Source of the DNA: Trueperaceae bacterium
GTDB taxonomy: Bacteria > Deinococcota > Deinococci > Deinococcales > Trueperaceae
Reading direction: 5' to 3'
DNA length: 64,000 nucleotides
NCBI GenBank assembly: GCA_034520945.1
Contig: JAXHNB010000010.1
Location: 64,001 to 128,000, forward strand
A model generated the notes under the pieces. The model saw only the letters and a program-made list of their open reading frames with translations, was not told the origin of the DNA and ran no database searches. Positions 29,057 to 40,020 of this stretch are shown here, piece after piece (within the stretch, counting starts at the first letter, position 1; each line of letters opens with the position of its first letter). The translations under genes were made by a program, and so were the position numbers.

Positions 29057-30126
29057 ATGAACGCCTACGCGTCGGCCCTCGAACGGGTCCTCCGTCCCGC
29101 CGTCGAGGCCGGCGAGATCCCCGGCGCCACCGCGGTGGCCGGCACCGCGAGCGATCGCTGCCCGCCGGTCGCGCTGGGCGTGCGGCGCAGCGGCGGCGCG
29201 GCGGTCACATTCGACACGCGCTACGACCTGGCCTCCCTCACCAAGGTGGTCGGCACCCTCCCCTCGGTGCTGCGCCTGGCCGGGGAGGGCGAGGTCGGCC
29301 TGGACGACCGTCTGGGCCGGTACTTCTCGAACGCCGGGTGGTTCCAGTCGCCGTCGCTGGCCGACGTGACGCCGCGCGCGTTGCTGACGCACACCGCGGG
29401 CCTGCCGTCGTGGGCGCCGCTGTTCGCGCGGGCGCCTTCGCGCCTGACCGCGCGGGCGGCGGTGTTGCAGAGCGAGGTGCCCCACCCGCAGGGACGCGTG
29501 CGGTACAGCGATTTGGGGTTCATGCTGGCGGGGATGCTGGTGGAGCGCGTCAGCGGGCTGCGCCTGGACGCGTTCGTGCACGCCCACCTGGCCGCGCCGC
29601 TGGGGTTGGACGGCTTGGCGTACGGCCCGCTACGGGGCGCGCCCGTCGCGGCGACGGAGGACTGCGGCTGGCGCATGCGCCTTCTGGAGGGCGAGGTGCA
29701 CGACGAGAACGCCTGGGTCATGGACGGCGTGGCGGGGCACGCCGGCCTGTTCGGGACTGCCGATGACCTGGCCGGGTACGCGCAGGCCTGGCTGCGGCGC
29801 GACGCGCGGTTGGCGCCGCCCGAGCTGTTGGACCAGGCGACCACGCGGCACACGCCCGAGGACGCGCCGGCGCGCGGCCTGGGGTGGGTGCTGAGCGGCC
29901 CAGGCGGCGCGCGCCTGTCGCACGACGACCGTGAGCCATCCGTGGATTGGCGCGGGCCCCACGGCTTCGGCCACACCGGGTTCACCGGCACCAGCCTGTG
30001 GATCGACCCGGCGGCGGGCACCTTCGCGGTCCTGCTCACCAACCGGGTCCACCCGCACCGCGCAGGGGGCCAGGCGATCGGACGCATCCGGCGCGACCTG
30101 CACCGCGCGGTCGCGGAGGTGGCGGC

Positions 30127-30130
<4 letters not shown>
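29057..30130 (+). CDS. Beta-lactamase-family serine hydrolase, cytoplasmic (AmiE-like amidase candidate)
   Basis: DLASLTK (SxxK), LLTHTAG, YSD, GEVHDENA, GHAGLF, GHTGFTG. Confidence 0.88.
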
Positions 30131-31350
<1,220 letters not shown>

Positions 31351-31515
31351 GCCACCTCGGTGCGGCGCCACGGCCGCGCATCCCCAACCGGAAGCGAACC
31401 ACGCGTGATACGGTTCGCGATGCTACGAACCGAGCGACGCTCGGCCCGAGGCCGAACGGCGTCGCCACGTCGCTCGGTGCCAATTGAACCTCGCACTCCG
31501 AAGGGAGTACGCTTC

Positions 31516-33867
31516 ATGAACCATGTTCGACGCTCGGTTGGTTCTTTGCTCGCGCTGGTGCTCGTGACGCTGCTCGGCGGCGGCCACGCCCAAGGCGACG
31601 TGGCCGGCACCTGGCAGGGACGCATCGAGCTCCCCGGTTCGCCCCTGGAGGTCGAGGTCACCCTCCAGATGCAGGACGGCGCTTGGGGCGGCTCGATCGA
31701 CATCCCGGCGCAAGGCGCGCGTGATCTACCGCTTGCCGAGGTGCGCGTGGACGGGCCCGAGGTGCACTTCGGCATCGAGGGCGTGCAGGGCGATCCGACC
31801 TTCGACGGTACCCACACCGAAGGGCGCATCGAGGGAACCTTCGTGCAGGGTGGCCAGGAGGCCCCGTTCACGCTTTCGCGCGCCGAAGGTGAAGGCGAAG
31901 GCGAAGAAGGCGATCGCGACGACGCACAGGCAGGCAGTGGCGCGCAGCCGCCCGGGCCCAGCGGCCAAGACGCGGGCGACGCGGAGCGCGTGGAGGATCC
32001 GGACGGCCGGTTCAGCGTGCCGGTGCCCACCAACTGGGAGGCCCGGACGGAGGACGGCCGCGTGGTGCTGAGCGATCCTGAGGGGACCCTTCGCGTCGAC
32101 ACCCTCGCGATCGAGGGCGCCACGGTCGAGGAGGCGATCGCGGAGGCGTGGACGCGCGTCGACCCTGCGTTCGACCGTGAGCCCGTGCGGACGGACGAGC
32201 CGCCCGCCCGTGGCGGCTACGAGCGGATCGTGCAGCACACCTACAGCGAACCCGGCGACGAACGGTCGGCGCTGGCGGTGGGACGCCTGCACCAGGACAC
32301 GGTGTACGTGCAACTGGTCGAGGGGCCGACGGCCGCGATGCAGCGCCGCTCGTCGCAGGTGAACATCGCCGTGAGCGGCCTCGAGGTGCACGCCATTCAA
32401 GAGGAGACGCTGTCGCCGGATCAGGTTCGCGCGTTGGACGAGGAACGCTTGCAGCAGCTGGAGGCGTACGTCGAGGAGGTCAGGGAGCGCTTCGACGTGC
32501 CGGGTGCCACGGTGTCGGTGGTGCAGGACGGGCGGACCGTGTACGCCCGCGGCTTCGGCACCACCGGACCTGAGGGGCGCGAGGTGCGCGCCTCGACGCG
32601 GATGATGATCGGGTCGACCACCAAGACGCTGACGACCATGATGATGGGCGTGCTCGTCGATCGCGGCGAGCTGTCTTGGGACACGCCGGTCGTGGACGTC
32701 CTGCCGAACTTCGCCGTGGCCGACCCGGAGATCACCCGCAGCCTCACGGTGGAGAACCTGGTGTGCGCCTGCACCGGCGTGCCCCGCCGCGACTACGAGT
32801 TGTTCTTCCAGGGCGAGGGGCTGGACGCCGAGGGCGTGATCGCGTCGTTGGCCGACTTCGAGTTCTTCACCGAGGTCGGCGAGGCGTTCCAGTACAGCAA
32901 CCAGATGGTCGCGGTCGGTGGGTACGCGGCCGCGGCCGCCGCCGCCGGCGCCGCGCAGGGGGATCTCTACGGCGGCTACGTCCGCGCAATGCGGCGTCAC
33001 GTGCTGGAACCGATGGGACTGGCCGCGTCGACGTTCTCGTTCGATCGGGTGCGGGACGAGCAGCAGCACGCCATGCCACACGCCCTCGACGCGTCGATGG
33101 TGTACCGGCCGATCCCGCTCGAGGACGAGGCGTTCGTCACGCCGGTCGCGCCGGCCGGCGCGCTGTGGTCCAACGCCGTCGACATGGGCCGCTACCTGAT
33201 CACGTTGCTGAACCGCGGCGTCGCGCCCGACGGCCGGCGCGTCGTGTCGGAGGAGGCGCTGGACAGGTTGTGGACGCCGCAGGTGTCGATCTCGTCCGAC
33301 ACCAGCTACGGCCTCGGCTGGATCATCGGCGAGTACGACGGACTCCGCCTGGCGACGCATGGCGGCAACACGCTCGGCTTCACCTCGGATCTGGCGCTGT
33401 TGCCGGGCGCCGGGCTCGGCGTCAGCGTCCTCGCCAACGCGGGCAACGCCAACGCCTTCACGCAGGCGGTGCGCACGCGCGTGTTCGAGCTGGCGTTCGA
33501 CCAGGCGCAGGACTTCGATCAGGAAGCGACCTTCATGCGGGACTCGTTGCGCCGCAGCTTCGAGGACATCTTCGGCGATCTGGAGGAACGCGTCGAGGCC
33601 GCGACGGTCGCGGACTTCACCGGCCGGTACCGCGAGCCGTCGCTCGGCGAGATCGAGCTTCGCCACGAGGAGGGGCGCCTGATCCTGGACGCCGGCGAGT
33701 TCCGCACGCGGTTGTTGCACGATCCCGAGGAGGAGGTGCCCACCTTCATGACCGGCGATACCCCGCTGCTGGGCGTGCAGGTCCAACTCCGCGAAGGTGA
33801 GGAAGGCACGCCGCGCGTGGTGCTGGGTCAGGGGGCGACCACCTACGGCTTCGAGCCCGTTCCCTGA
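31516..33867 (+). CDS. Secreted multidomain serine hydrolase (beta-lactamase/PBP-like)
   Basis: Signal peptide; N-terminal beta domains; GSTTK, YSN, APAG, HGG motifs. Confidence 0.85.
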   Translation: MNHVRRSVGSLLALVLVTLLGGGHAQGDVAGTWQGRIELPGSPLEVEVTLQMQDGAWGGSIDIPAQGARDLPLAEVRVDGPEVHFGIEGVQGDPTFDGTHTEGRIEGTFVQGGQEAPFTLSRAEGEGEGEEGDRDDAQAGSGAQPPGPSGQDAGDAERVEDPDGRFSVPVPTNWEARTEDGRVVLSDPEGTLRVDTLAIEGATVEEAIAEAWTRVDPAFDREPVRTDEPPARGGYERIVQHTYSEPGDERSALAVGRLHQDTVYVQLVEGPTAAMQRRSSQVNIAVSGLEVHAIQEETLSPDQVRALDEERLQQLEAYVEEVRERFDVPGATVSVVQDGRTVYARGFGTTGPEGREVRASTRMMIGSTTKTLTTMMMGVLVDRGELSWDTPVVDVLPNFAVADPEITRSLTVENLVCACTGVPRRDYELFFQGEGLDAEGVIASLADFEFFTEVGEAFQYSNQMVAVGGYAAAAAAAGAAQGDLYGGYVRAMRRHVLEPMGLAASTFSFDRVRDEQQHAMPHALDASMVYRPIPLEDEAFVTPVAPAGALWSNAVDMGRYLITLLNRGVAPDGRRVVSEEALDRLWTPQVSISSDTSYGLGWIIGEYDGLRLATHGGNTLGFTSDLALLPGAGLGVSVLANAGNANAFTQAVRTRVFELAFDQAQDFDQEATFMRDSLRRSFEDIFGDLEERVEAATVADFTGRYREPSLGEIELRHEEGRLILDAGEFRTRLLHDPEEEVPTFMTGDTPLLGVQVQLREGEEGTPRVVLGQGATTYGFEPVP

Positions 33868-33885
33868 GGCGGGCGCGCGGAACAC

Positions 33886-33985
33886 GAAAATAACCCCCCT
33901 GGGTTGACGGTGGCCTAGGCGGTCACGCGCTCCGGGGGGTTTGTATCAGGAGGTGGAGCGAGCCTGCGGTGCTCCCTCCTGAACC
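33886..33985 (-). ncRNA. Candidate small structured RNA, copy 1 (family unknown)
   Basis: Hairpin TCAGGAG...CTCCTGA, linker TACAA, hairpin CCCCCC...GGGGGG followed by TTATTTT; upstream TAAGCT; paralogous to 34092-34181. Confidence 0.5.
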
Positions 33986-34091
33986 ACCCGTAGCTTAGCG
34001 AGTCCGCTCGGCAGGCTGCAGGGACGAACGTCCCCGCGGGTCGAACCTCGCGCGTGCGCGCCCACGGGCGCAATGCGAGACCGCAGCACAT

Positions 34092-34181
34092 GAATCACCC
34101 CCTGGCGCGTCGCGGCCTCTCGGCCACCCCGCCAGGGGGTTGCATCAGGTGGACGCGGGCGCTGCCCGCGTCCCCTGAGTG
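34092..34181 (-). ncRNA. Candidate small structured RNA, copy 2 (family unknown)
   Basis: Hairpin TCAGG-GGACGCGGGC/GCCCGCGTCC-A-CCTGA, linker TGCAA, 11-bp stem ACCCCCTGGCG/CGCCAGGGGGT enclosing GGCC-GAGA-GGCC (GNRA loop on the minus strand). Confidence 0.5.
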
Positions 34182-34261
34182 CGGCGATTGATAGCGGCTA
34201 CCCGGGCCGGGCGACAGGGGCGAATGTCCCGGTTCGTCGGCCTGGGTGGCAGGTGTACGGT

Positions 34262-35755
34262 TCAGTCCGCTGGTGCCGCCTCCGTGCTGGCCGTACCGGC
34301 GGCGGCCAGCGCCCGCTCGACGCGGCGGCCGTAGTCCTCGTCCGCGCGGTAGAGGTGCGCGACCCACCGTTCTTGGACCTCGGTGCGGGCCTGTGACAGA
34401 CCTTCGGCGGTGCGGGCGGCGACGCGGTCGCGGTGGGCGTCGTCGAACATGCGGTACAGGTCGCCGGCCTGCGTGTAGTCGTCCTGGTCCTGGTAGGCGT
34501 CCCAGCGGTCCACCACCACCTGGCCCAGGTCCCAGGCGGGGTCGCGCTCGTCGGGCGCGTCCTTCGGTGCGCCGGACACGCTGTTGGGGTGGTAGTTGGG
34601 GTGCGCGTGCGGGTTGGGCTGCGCCATCAAGCCGTCGCGGGTGTAGGTGTTCACCTCGGTGCGGGGGCGGTTCACGTCCAGCTTGTCGTGGTTCACGCCC
34701 AAGCGGTAGGCCTGCGTGTCGGCGTAGCTCATCAGGCGTGCCTGCAGCATCTTGTCGGGGCTGGCCCCGATGCCGGGCACCAGCGCGCTGGGCTTGAAGG
34801 CGGCCTGCTCGACCTCGGCGAAGTAGTCGACCGGGTTGCGGTTCAGGGTCAGGCGCCCTACCTCGATCAGCGGGAACTCGGCGTGCGGCCACACCTTGGT
34901 GAGATCGAACGGGTTCCAGCGGAAGGCGTCGGCCTGCTCCTGGGTCATGACCTGGATCTTGAGCGTCCAGGAGGGATGATCGCCGCGTTCGATCGCGCCG
35001 TACAGGTCGCGTTGGTGCGACTCGCGGTCGCCGCCTACGATGGTGGCGGCCTCGTCGTCCATCAGGTTGCGGACGCCCTGGTCGGTCTTCCAGTGGAACT
35101 TGACCCAGATGCGCTCACCGGCGTCGTTGATCAGCGAGTAGGTGTGGCTGCCGTAGCCGTTCTGGTGCCGGTAGCTGGCCGGCAGGCCGCGGTCGCTCAT
35201 CAGGATGGTGACCTGGTGCAGCGACTCGGGCGACATCGACCAGAAGTCCCACTGCATGTCCATGTCCCGCACGTGCGTGCGGGGGTGGCGCTTCTGCGAG
35301 TGGATGAACGACGCGAACTTGAGGGGGTCGCGCGCGAAGAACACCGGCGTGTTGTTGCCGACCAGGTCCCAGTTTCCCTCTTCGGTGTAGAGCCGTACGC
35401 TGAAGCCGCGCACGTCCCGCTCGGCGTCGGCCGCGCCGCGCTCGCCGGCCACGGTGGAGAAGCGCACGAAGGCGTCGGTGGTCTTCCCCACCTCGCGCAG
35501 GCAGGCCGCCTTGGTGTAGCGACTGACGTCGTTCGTCACCGTGAACGTGCCGTAGGCGCCGGAGCCCTTGGCGTGGACGACGCGTTCTGGGATGCGTTCG
35601 CGGTTGAAGTGCTGCATCTGCTCGAGCAGTTGGACGTCCTGCATCAGCAGTGGGCCGCGTGGGCCGGCGGTCTGGCTGTTCTTCTGGTCGGCGATGGGGG
35701 CGCCGGTCTTGGTGGTGAGGGTGGGGCGATCGTCGCGGGCGTCGTCGTTGGACAT
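34262..35755 (-). CDS. katA: Monofunctional heme catalase (small subunit)
   Basis: FNRERIPERVVHAKG, VGNNTPVFF, DKMLQARLMSYADTQ. Confidence 0.96.
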   Translation of the reverse strand: MSNDDARDDRPTLTTKTGAPIADQKNSQTAGPRGPLLMQDVQLLEQMQHFNRERIPERVVHAKGSGAYGTFTVTNDVSRYTKAACLREVGKTTDAFVRFSTVAGERGAADAERDVRGFSVRLYTEEGNWDLVGNNTPVFFARDPLKFASFIHSQKRHPRTHVRDMDMQWDFWSMSPESLHQVTILMSDRGLPASYRHQNGYGSHTYSLINDAGERIWVKFHWKTDQGVRNLMDDEAATIVGGDRESHQRDLYGAIERGDHPSWTLKIQVMTQEQADAFRWNPFDLTKVWPHAEFPLIEVGRLTLNRNPVDYFAEVEQAAFKPSALVPGIGASPDKMLQARLMSYADTQAYRLGVNHDKLDVNRPRTEVNTYTRDGLMAQPNPHAHPNYHPNSVSGAPKDAPDERDPAWDLGQVVVDRWDAYQDQDDYTQAGDLYRMFDDAHRDRVAARTAEGLSQARTEVQERWVAHLYRADEDYGRRVERALAAAGTASTEAAPAD

Positions 35756-35857
35756 GGATCCTCCGGGGTGTCGGGATCGGCGTGGGTTCCGGGCATCGGG
35801 GCCGCACGGGCCGGTCCGGCCGTGGGCGTACGTGCCTAGCCTACCGACTCGCGCGCC

Positions 35858-35902
35858 ATTGGTCCAATCGAACGTGCGCAGTATACGATAGTATGCATCT
35901 AT
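35858..35902. promoter_or_regulatory. OxyR/LysR binding site between katA and oxyR
   Basis: Perfect ATAG-N7-CTAT at 35888-35902 overlapping the oxyR start; ATTGGTCCAAT palindrome at 35858-68. Confidence 0.7.
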
Positions 35903-36830
35903 GGGCCGACCCGCCGGCGAGGTGACCTTTCAGCAACTCCGCTACCTGGTGGCGCTGGTGGACCACGGCCACTTCGGGCGCGCCGCCGCATCGTGCCGCG
36001 TCAGCCAACCCACGCTCAGCACCCAGCTCCGACGCTTGGAGGAACGTCTGGGGGCGTCCTTGGTGGACCGTGCCGCGTCGCCCCCCTCGGCCACGCCGTT
36101 GGGTGCGCGGGTCGCCGCCCTAGCGCGCGGGTTGCTGCTGGGACGCGAAGAGTTGATCGGTACCGCGCGCCAGGAGGCGGAGGCGCTGCGCGGCCCGATC
36201 CGCTTGGGGGTCATTCCCACCCTGGCGCCCTACCTTCTGCCGGCCCTGGCGCCGCAGGTGCGTCAACGCTGGCCGGAGGTGACGATGGAGGTGGTCGAGC
36301 GGCCCACGCACGATCTGACCGAGCTCCTCCGGCAGGGCGCGCTGGACGTGGCGCTGGTGGCCACCCGTGAGCACGACCCGTCGTGGAGCGGACGCGTGCT
36401 CGGGTACGAGCCGTTCGTGTGTTACCTCGCGCCGGCGCATCCCCTGCTTCGCTTCGACACGGTGGACGCGGCCGCGTTGCCGCACGACGAACTCTGGCTC
36501 CTCAGGGACGGGCACTGCTTCCGCGATCAGGTGCTGGCAGCGTGCGGCGCCGACGGGGCCGGGATGGTGGGCGGCGTCCGCATCGAGAGCGGCGCGCTCG
36601 GCACCTTGGGGCGCATGGTCGACACGGCGGGCGGTCTGACGCTGTTGCCGCGCATGGCGGTGGCCGCCATGGGACCGGACGAACGGGCGCGCGTCCGGCC
36701 GTTCGCGCCGCCGCGGCCCGGTCGCACGCTCCGGGCGCTGGTCCGGCGGGCGTACGCCAAGCGCGCCGTCGTGGAGGCCTTCATCGGGGCGGCGGCCGAG
36801 ACGATCGCGCGTTACGAAAAAGCGGACTGA
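35901..36830 (+). CDS. oxyR: H2O2-sensing LysR regulator
   Basis: QLRYLVAL..HGHFGRAA..C.VSQPTLS, LGVIPTLAPYLLP, two-Cys motif GHCFRDQVLAAC; divergent from katA. Confidence 0.92.
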   Translation: MGRPAGEVTFQQLRYLVALVDHGHFGRAAASCRVSQPTLSTQLRRLEERLGASLVDRAASPPSATPLGARVAALARGLLLGREELIGTARQEAEALRGPIRLGVIPTLAPYLLPALAPQVRQRWPEVTMEVVERPTHDLTELLRQGALDVALVATREHDPSWSGRVLGYEPFVCYLAPAHPLLRFDTVDAAALPHDELWLLRDGHCFRDQVLAACGADGAGMVGGVRIESGALGTLGRMVDTAGGLTLLPRMAVAAMGPDERARVRPFAPPRPGRTLRALVRRAYAKRAVVEAFIGAAAETIARYEKAD

Positions 36831-36861
36831 GAACCGATCCCGCCCGCTGCGACGTGCCTGT

Positions 36862-37395
36862 TCAGCAGCAGTTCTGGGCGGCGACGGCCGCGTCCTGTTC
36901 GGGGTCCCGTCCTTCGGGCGCAGCCGGCCCGCAACACCCGCCGGCGCTGGCCGGCTGTGCCACGGGGAGGTCGCCGACCGATCGGTCGATCGCCTTGCAG
37001 GCCACGCCCGGGGCCTCGAGGCGAACGCGCAATCCCCCCGCGGCGTCGCGCGTCACGCCTTGGACCAGGTAGGAGATCGCGGCATTCCCGGGCCTGCCCG
37101 TCTCGACCCGGACGGGGGCGTCCGGTTCGAGCGGGACGGCGCCCGCGACCTGGCGGTAGATCCCCATGAACTTCTCCGCCGTCATCGCGTGCGCTTCGGG
37201 CTCGGCCGGGGGCACGACCTGCAGCACGGTCTCGTTCCACGCGTTGGTGCGGCCGCCGCAGTCGACCGAGTGCACGCGGACCGACTTGAACTCGGTGACG
37301 TGGTAGCCGGGCGGGACGGTCCAGTCGTCGGTGACGAAGTGCAGGGAGGCGTCGGGCTGGTTGCGAAGCGCGGACAGAAAGTCTTGGGTGGTCAT
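36862..37395 (-). CDS. DUF6428-like protein (often ars-operon associated) with Cys pairs
   Basis: YHVTEFK, DCGG...WNETVLQ, ACKA, GGCCGP, terminal CC. Confidence 0.7.
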   Translation of the reverse strand: MTTQDFLSALRNQPDASLHFVTDDWTVPPGYHVTEFKSVRVHSVDCGGRTNAWNETVLQVVPPAEPEAHAMTAEKFMGIYRQVAGAVPLEPDAPVRVETGRPGNAAISYLVQGVTRDAAGGLRVRLEAPGVACKAIDRSVGDLPVAQPASAGGCCGPAAPEGRDPEQDAAVAAQNCC

Positions 37396-37438
37396 GACGC
37401 GTTCCTTCCAGGTCGTGGGCGTGATGGCATTGTCCTTG

Positions 37439-37470
37439 ATCGTACGTGACGCATCGACGGACGTCAATGC
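37439..37470 (-). promoter_or_regulatory. Promoter TTGACG-N17-TACGAT overlapped by an ArsR/SmtB-like inverted repeat
   Basis: GCATCGACG-GA-CGTCAATGC at 37451-37470 (1 mismatch); -35 at 37462-67, -10 at 37439-44. Confidence 0.65.
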
Positions 37471-37545
37471 ACTGAACGTCATGGCCAATCGCGCCGCGCC
37501 CCGCCCTGACGGTGCGCAGCGCGCCGCACGCGGCGCGCCCGGCCG

Positions 37546-38517
37546 TCAGAGCGCCTCTTCGCGCCGATCGTGGGCCGGGGGGACCTCGGGCGTGAGGGCG
37601 GAGATCTCGTCGCGCATCCGCTCGGTCATCTCGAACTCGGCCGCCGCCAGGGCCGGCGCCAGCTGCTCCGTGTCACGCGCGCCCAGGATGGGGGCCGTCA
37701 CGGCCGGGTGCGATCCCACCCACGCCACGGCCAGGGTGACGGGATGCACGCCCTGCTCCTGGGCGTAGGCCGTGAACCGTTCGGCCACCTGGTAGTCGGT
37801 GTCGCGGCCGTAGCGACGCGCGTACTGGTCGCTCTCCACCAGCCGCCCTCGGTCCGGCCGGGTGTCGGGCCCGTACTTGCCGCTCAGCAATCCTCCGCCG
37901 ACGGGGCTGTAAGGAAACACCGCCAGCCCCTCCGACGCCGCCAGGGGAAGGATCTCGACCTCCGCCTGGCGCTTGACCAGGTTGTACATCGGTTGGACCG
38001 CCTCGAATCGCGCCAGGCCCTCCGCCGCGGAGGCGCCCAGCGCCTTGGCGATCTGCCAGGCCGCCCAGTTGCTGACGGCGGGGTACAGGATCAGGCCGTC
38101 ACGCACCAGGTCGTCCAGCGCGCGCAGGGTTTCCTCGATCGGCACGTCCGGGTCGAACTGGTGCAGGTAGTACAGGTCCAGCCGGTCGGTGCCGAGGCGC
38201 CGCAGCGACTGCTCGACCGCGCGGGTGACGTGCCGGCGGGACAGCCCCTGGTCGTTCGGGCCCTCCCCCATGCGGCCGAACACCTTGCTGGCGATCACCA
38301 GGTCGTCGCGCATCTCTTTGATCAGGCCGCCCAGGATCCGTTCCGAGCGGCCCTGGCCGTAGACGTTGGCGGTGTCGAACATGTCGATGCCCGCGTCCAG
38401 GCAGGCATGGAACATCGCGGCGGAGGCGTCCTCGTCGGCCGTGGTGCCGAACGACATGGTGCCGAAGCAGAGCGAGGAGACGCGAACGCCGGTGCGGCCC
38501 AACAGTCGGTGGTCCAT
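37546..38517 (-). CDS. Aldo/keto reductase
   Basis: LGRTGVRVSSLCFGTM, FDTANVY, IASK, SLRRLGTDRLDLYYLH, QPMYNL. Confidence 0.93.
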   Translation of the reverse strand: MDHRLLGRTGVRVSSLCFGTMSFGTTADEDASAAMFHACLDAGIDMFDTANVYGQGRSERILGGLIKEMRDDLVIASKVFGRMGEGPNDQGLSRRHVTRAVEQSLRRLGTDRLDLYYLHQFDPDVPIEETLRALDDLVRDGLILYPAVSNWAAWQIAKALGASAAEGLARFEAVQPMYNLVKRQAEVEILPLAASEGLAVFPYSPVGGGLLSGKYGPDTRPDRGRLVESDQYARRYGRDTDYQVAERFTAYAQEQGVHPVTLAVAWVGSHPAVTAPILGARDTEQLAPALAAAEFEMTERMRDEISALTPEVPPAHDRREEAL

Positions 38518-38639
38518 GCCCGAGTGTACCGGGGCGGGCGGCACGCCGGAGGCGTCCGCTCAGGGACGCCGTACGGCCCTGAGCCGCGCTGTCGTCCACG
38601 CGGGGTTCACGCACCGAGGATCGTGGTACGAAGCCACGC

Positions 38640-39290
38640 ATGAGCTGCGGTCGCTGCTACGGCCAGGACGCCATGTTCGATGCGCGCGTGGCGCGCGCCG
38701 ACCTGCGCCGCTTTCGCCGCCGTGGCCCCTCCCGTGCCACGAGGCGGCTGGTGGACGCCCTCCGCGCCGAGGGCGTCGAGAACGTGCAGCTGTTGGACGT
38801 CGGTGGCGGGGTCGGGGCCGTCGCGTTTTTGTTATTGGCCGCAGGTGCGCGGGCCGTCACCGCGGTGGACGCCTCCCGTGCCTACCTGCAGGTGGCCGAA
38901 GAGGAGGCCGTCCGACGCAATGTGCACGAGCGAATCTCGTTCCATCACGGCGACCTCGTCGCCCTGGCGCCGGACCTGGGGGACGCGGACGTGACCACGC
39001 TGGACCGCGTGCTGTGCTGCGACCCGGACATGGCCGGGCTGATTCAGGCGTCGACCGGCCGCACCCGCGATTTGTACGGCGTCGTGTACCCGCGCCAGGC
39101 CTTCTGGACCCGCTGGGGCGTCGCCGCGATCAACCTGGCGTTGCGGCTGCGGGGCTCGGCCATGCGCGTGTTCGTGCACGACCCCGGCGCCATCCGGCGT
39201 CACATCGAGGCGGCGGGGTTCCGGCGCCGCTTCGCCCAGCCGGGCGCGTTGTGGCGCGTGGAGGTGTACCAGCGGGTCTCGCCTGCTTGA
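38640..39290 (+). CDS. Class I SAM-dependent methyltransferase (BchM-like fold)
   Basis: LLDVGGGVG, AVDAS, GDLV, LDRVLCC. Confidence 0.8.
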   Translation: MSCGRCYGQDAMFDARVARADLRRFRRRGPSRATRRLVDALRAEGVENVQLLDVGGGVGAVAFLLLAAGARAVTAVDASRAYLQVAEEEAVRRNVHERISFHHGDLVALAPDLGDADVTTLDRVLCCDPDMAGLIQASTGRTRDLYGVVYPRQAFWTRWGVAAINLALRLRGSAMRVFVHDPGAIRRHIEAAGFRRRFAQPGALWRVEVYQRVSPA

Positions 39291-39305
39291 GGCGCACGGC
39301 GGTCG

Positions 39306-39914
39306 TCACGACAGCCACTGCAAGGCAGGCTCGGCCAGGAACGCCAGTGCGATGTTGAACACCAGGTTGCCGAACGCGAGCGGCACCATCACCCGCACGA
39401 ACGGGTAGCGCGCCACGCCCATCGTCACCCCCACCAGGTCGTTCGAGAACGGCGCCACGGCGCCGTACACGAAGAAGAACGCGGGAACCAGGCGCGGAAA
39501 GCGACGCAGGAAGTGGTACAGACGTTGCGCCGCTGAGCGCATCCGCGGCGGCACGACCGCCTGCCCCTGATAGCCCAGCGCGTACGACACCGAATCGCCC
39601 GCCATCACGGCCGACGCCGCGGTCAGGCCCAGCAGCCACGGGTTCATGCCGCCCAGCGCCAGGGTCACCACCACCAAATGGTAGGGGGTGGCGCCGAACA
39701 GGCTGAGGCCGCTCACGAAGGCGAGTCCGAACAGGAGCAGGTACGCGTTCTCTGGCCCGACCCGCGCCACCAGCGCCTCCGGGGAGATGTTGAGGAGCAG
39801 TACCGTTCCCCCGGCCACGAAGGCCACGAGCAGCACCAGCGGCAAATACCGCGCCACGCGCTGCCACCTCGTGGCTCGCGTATGGGGCTCGTCGGGGGCG
39901 TTCCTCTCCAACAT
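39306..39914 (-). CDS. VTT/DedA-like membrane protein
   Basis: Hydrophobic; GDSVSYALG and APFSNDLV. Confidence 0.7.
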   Translation of the reverse strand: MLERNAPDEPHTRATRWQRVARYLPLVLLVAFVAGGTVLLLNISPEALVARVGPENAYLLLFGLAFVSGLSLFGATPYHLVVVTLALGGMNPWLLGLTAASAVMAGDSVSYALGYQGQAVVPPRMRSAAQRLYHFLRRFPRLVPAFFFVYGAVAPFSNDLVGVTMGVARYPFVRVMVPLAFGNLVFNIALAFLAEPALQWLS

Positions 39915-40020
39915 CCGGGTCAGTATCGCACCTGCACGGGCTCCGGGCGGAACGACGCTCGTCGCTGGCCACGTCCGTGCGTTTCGGGCCGGCGCTACCG
40001 CCCGCGCCGCCTGCCGGCGA

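Noticed and set aside
33886..34195. CRISPR array, tRNA, SRP RNA or hammerhead ribozyme
   Set aside because: Only two divergent units and no cas genes; no cloverleaf, SRP loop or complete CUGANGA/GAAA core
38640..39290. Photosynthesis gene bchM
   Set aside because: Only a generic methyltransferase fold; no other bch genes nearby
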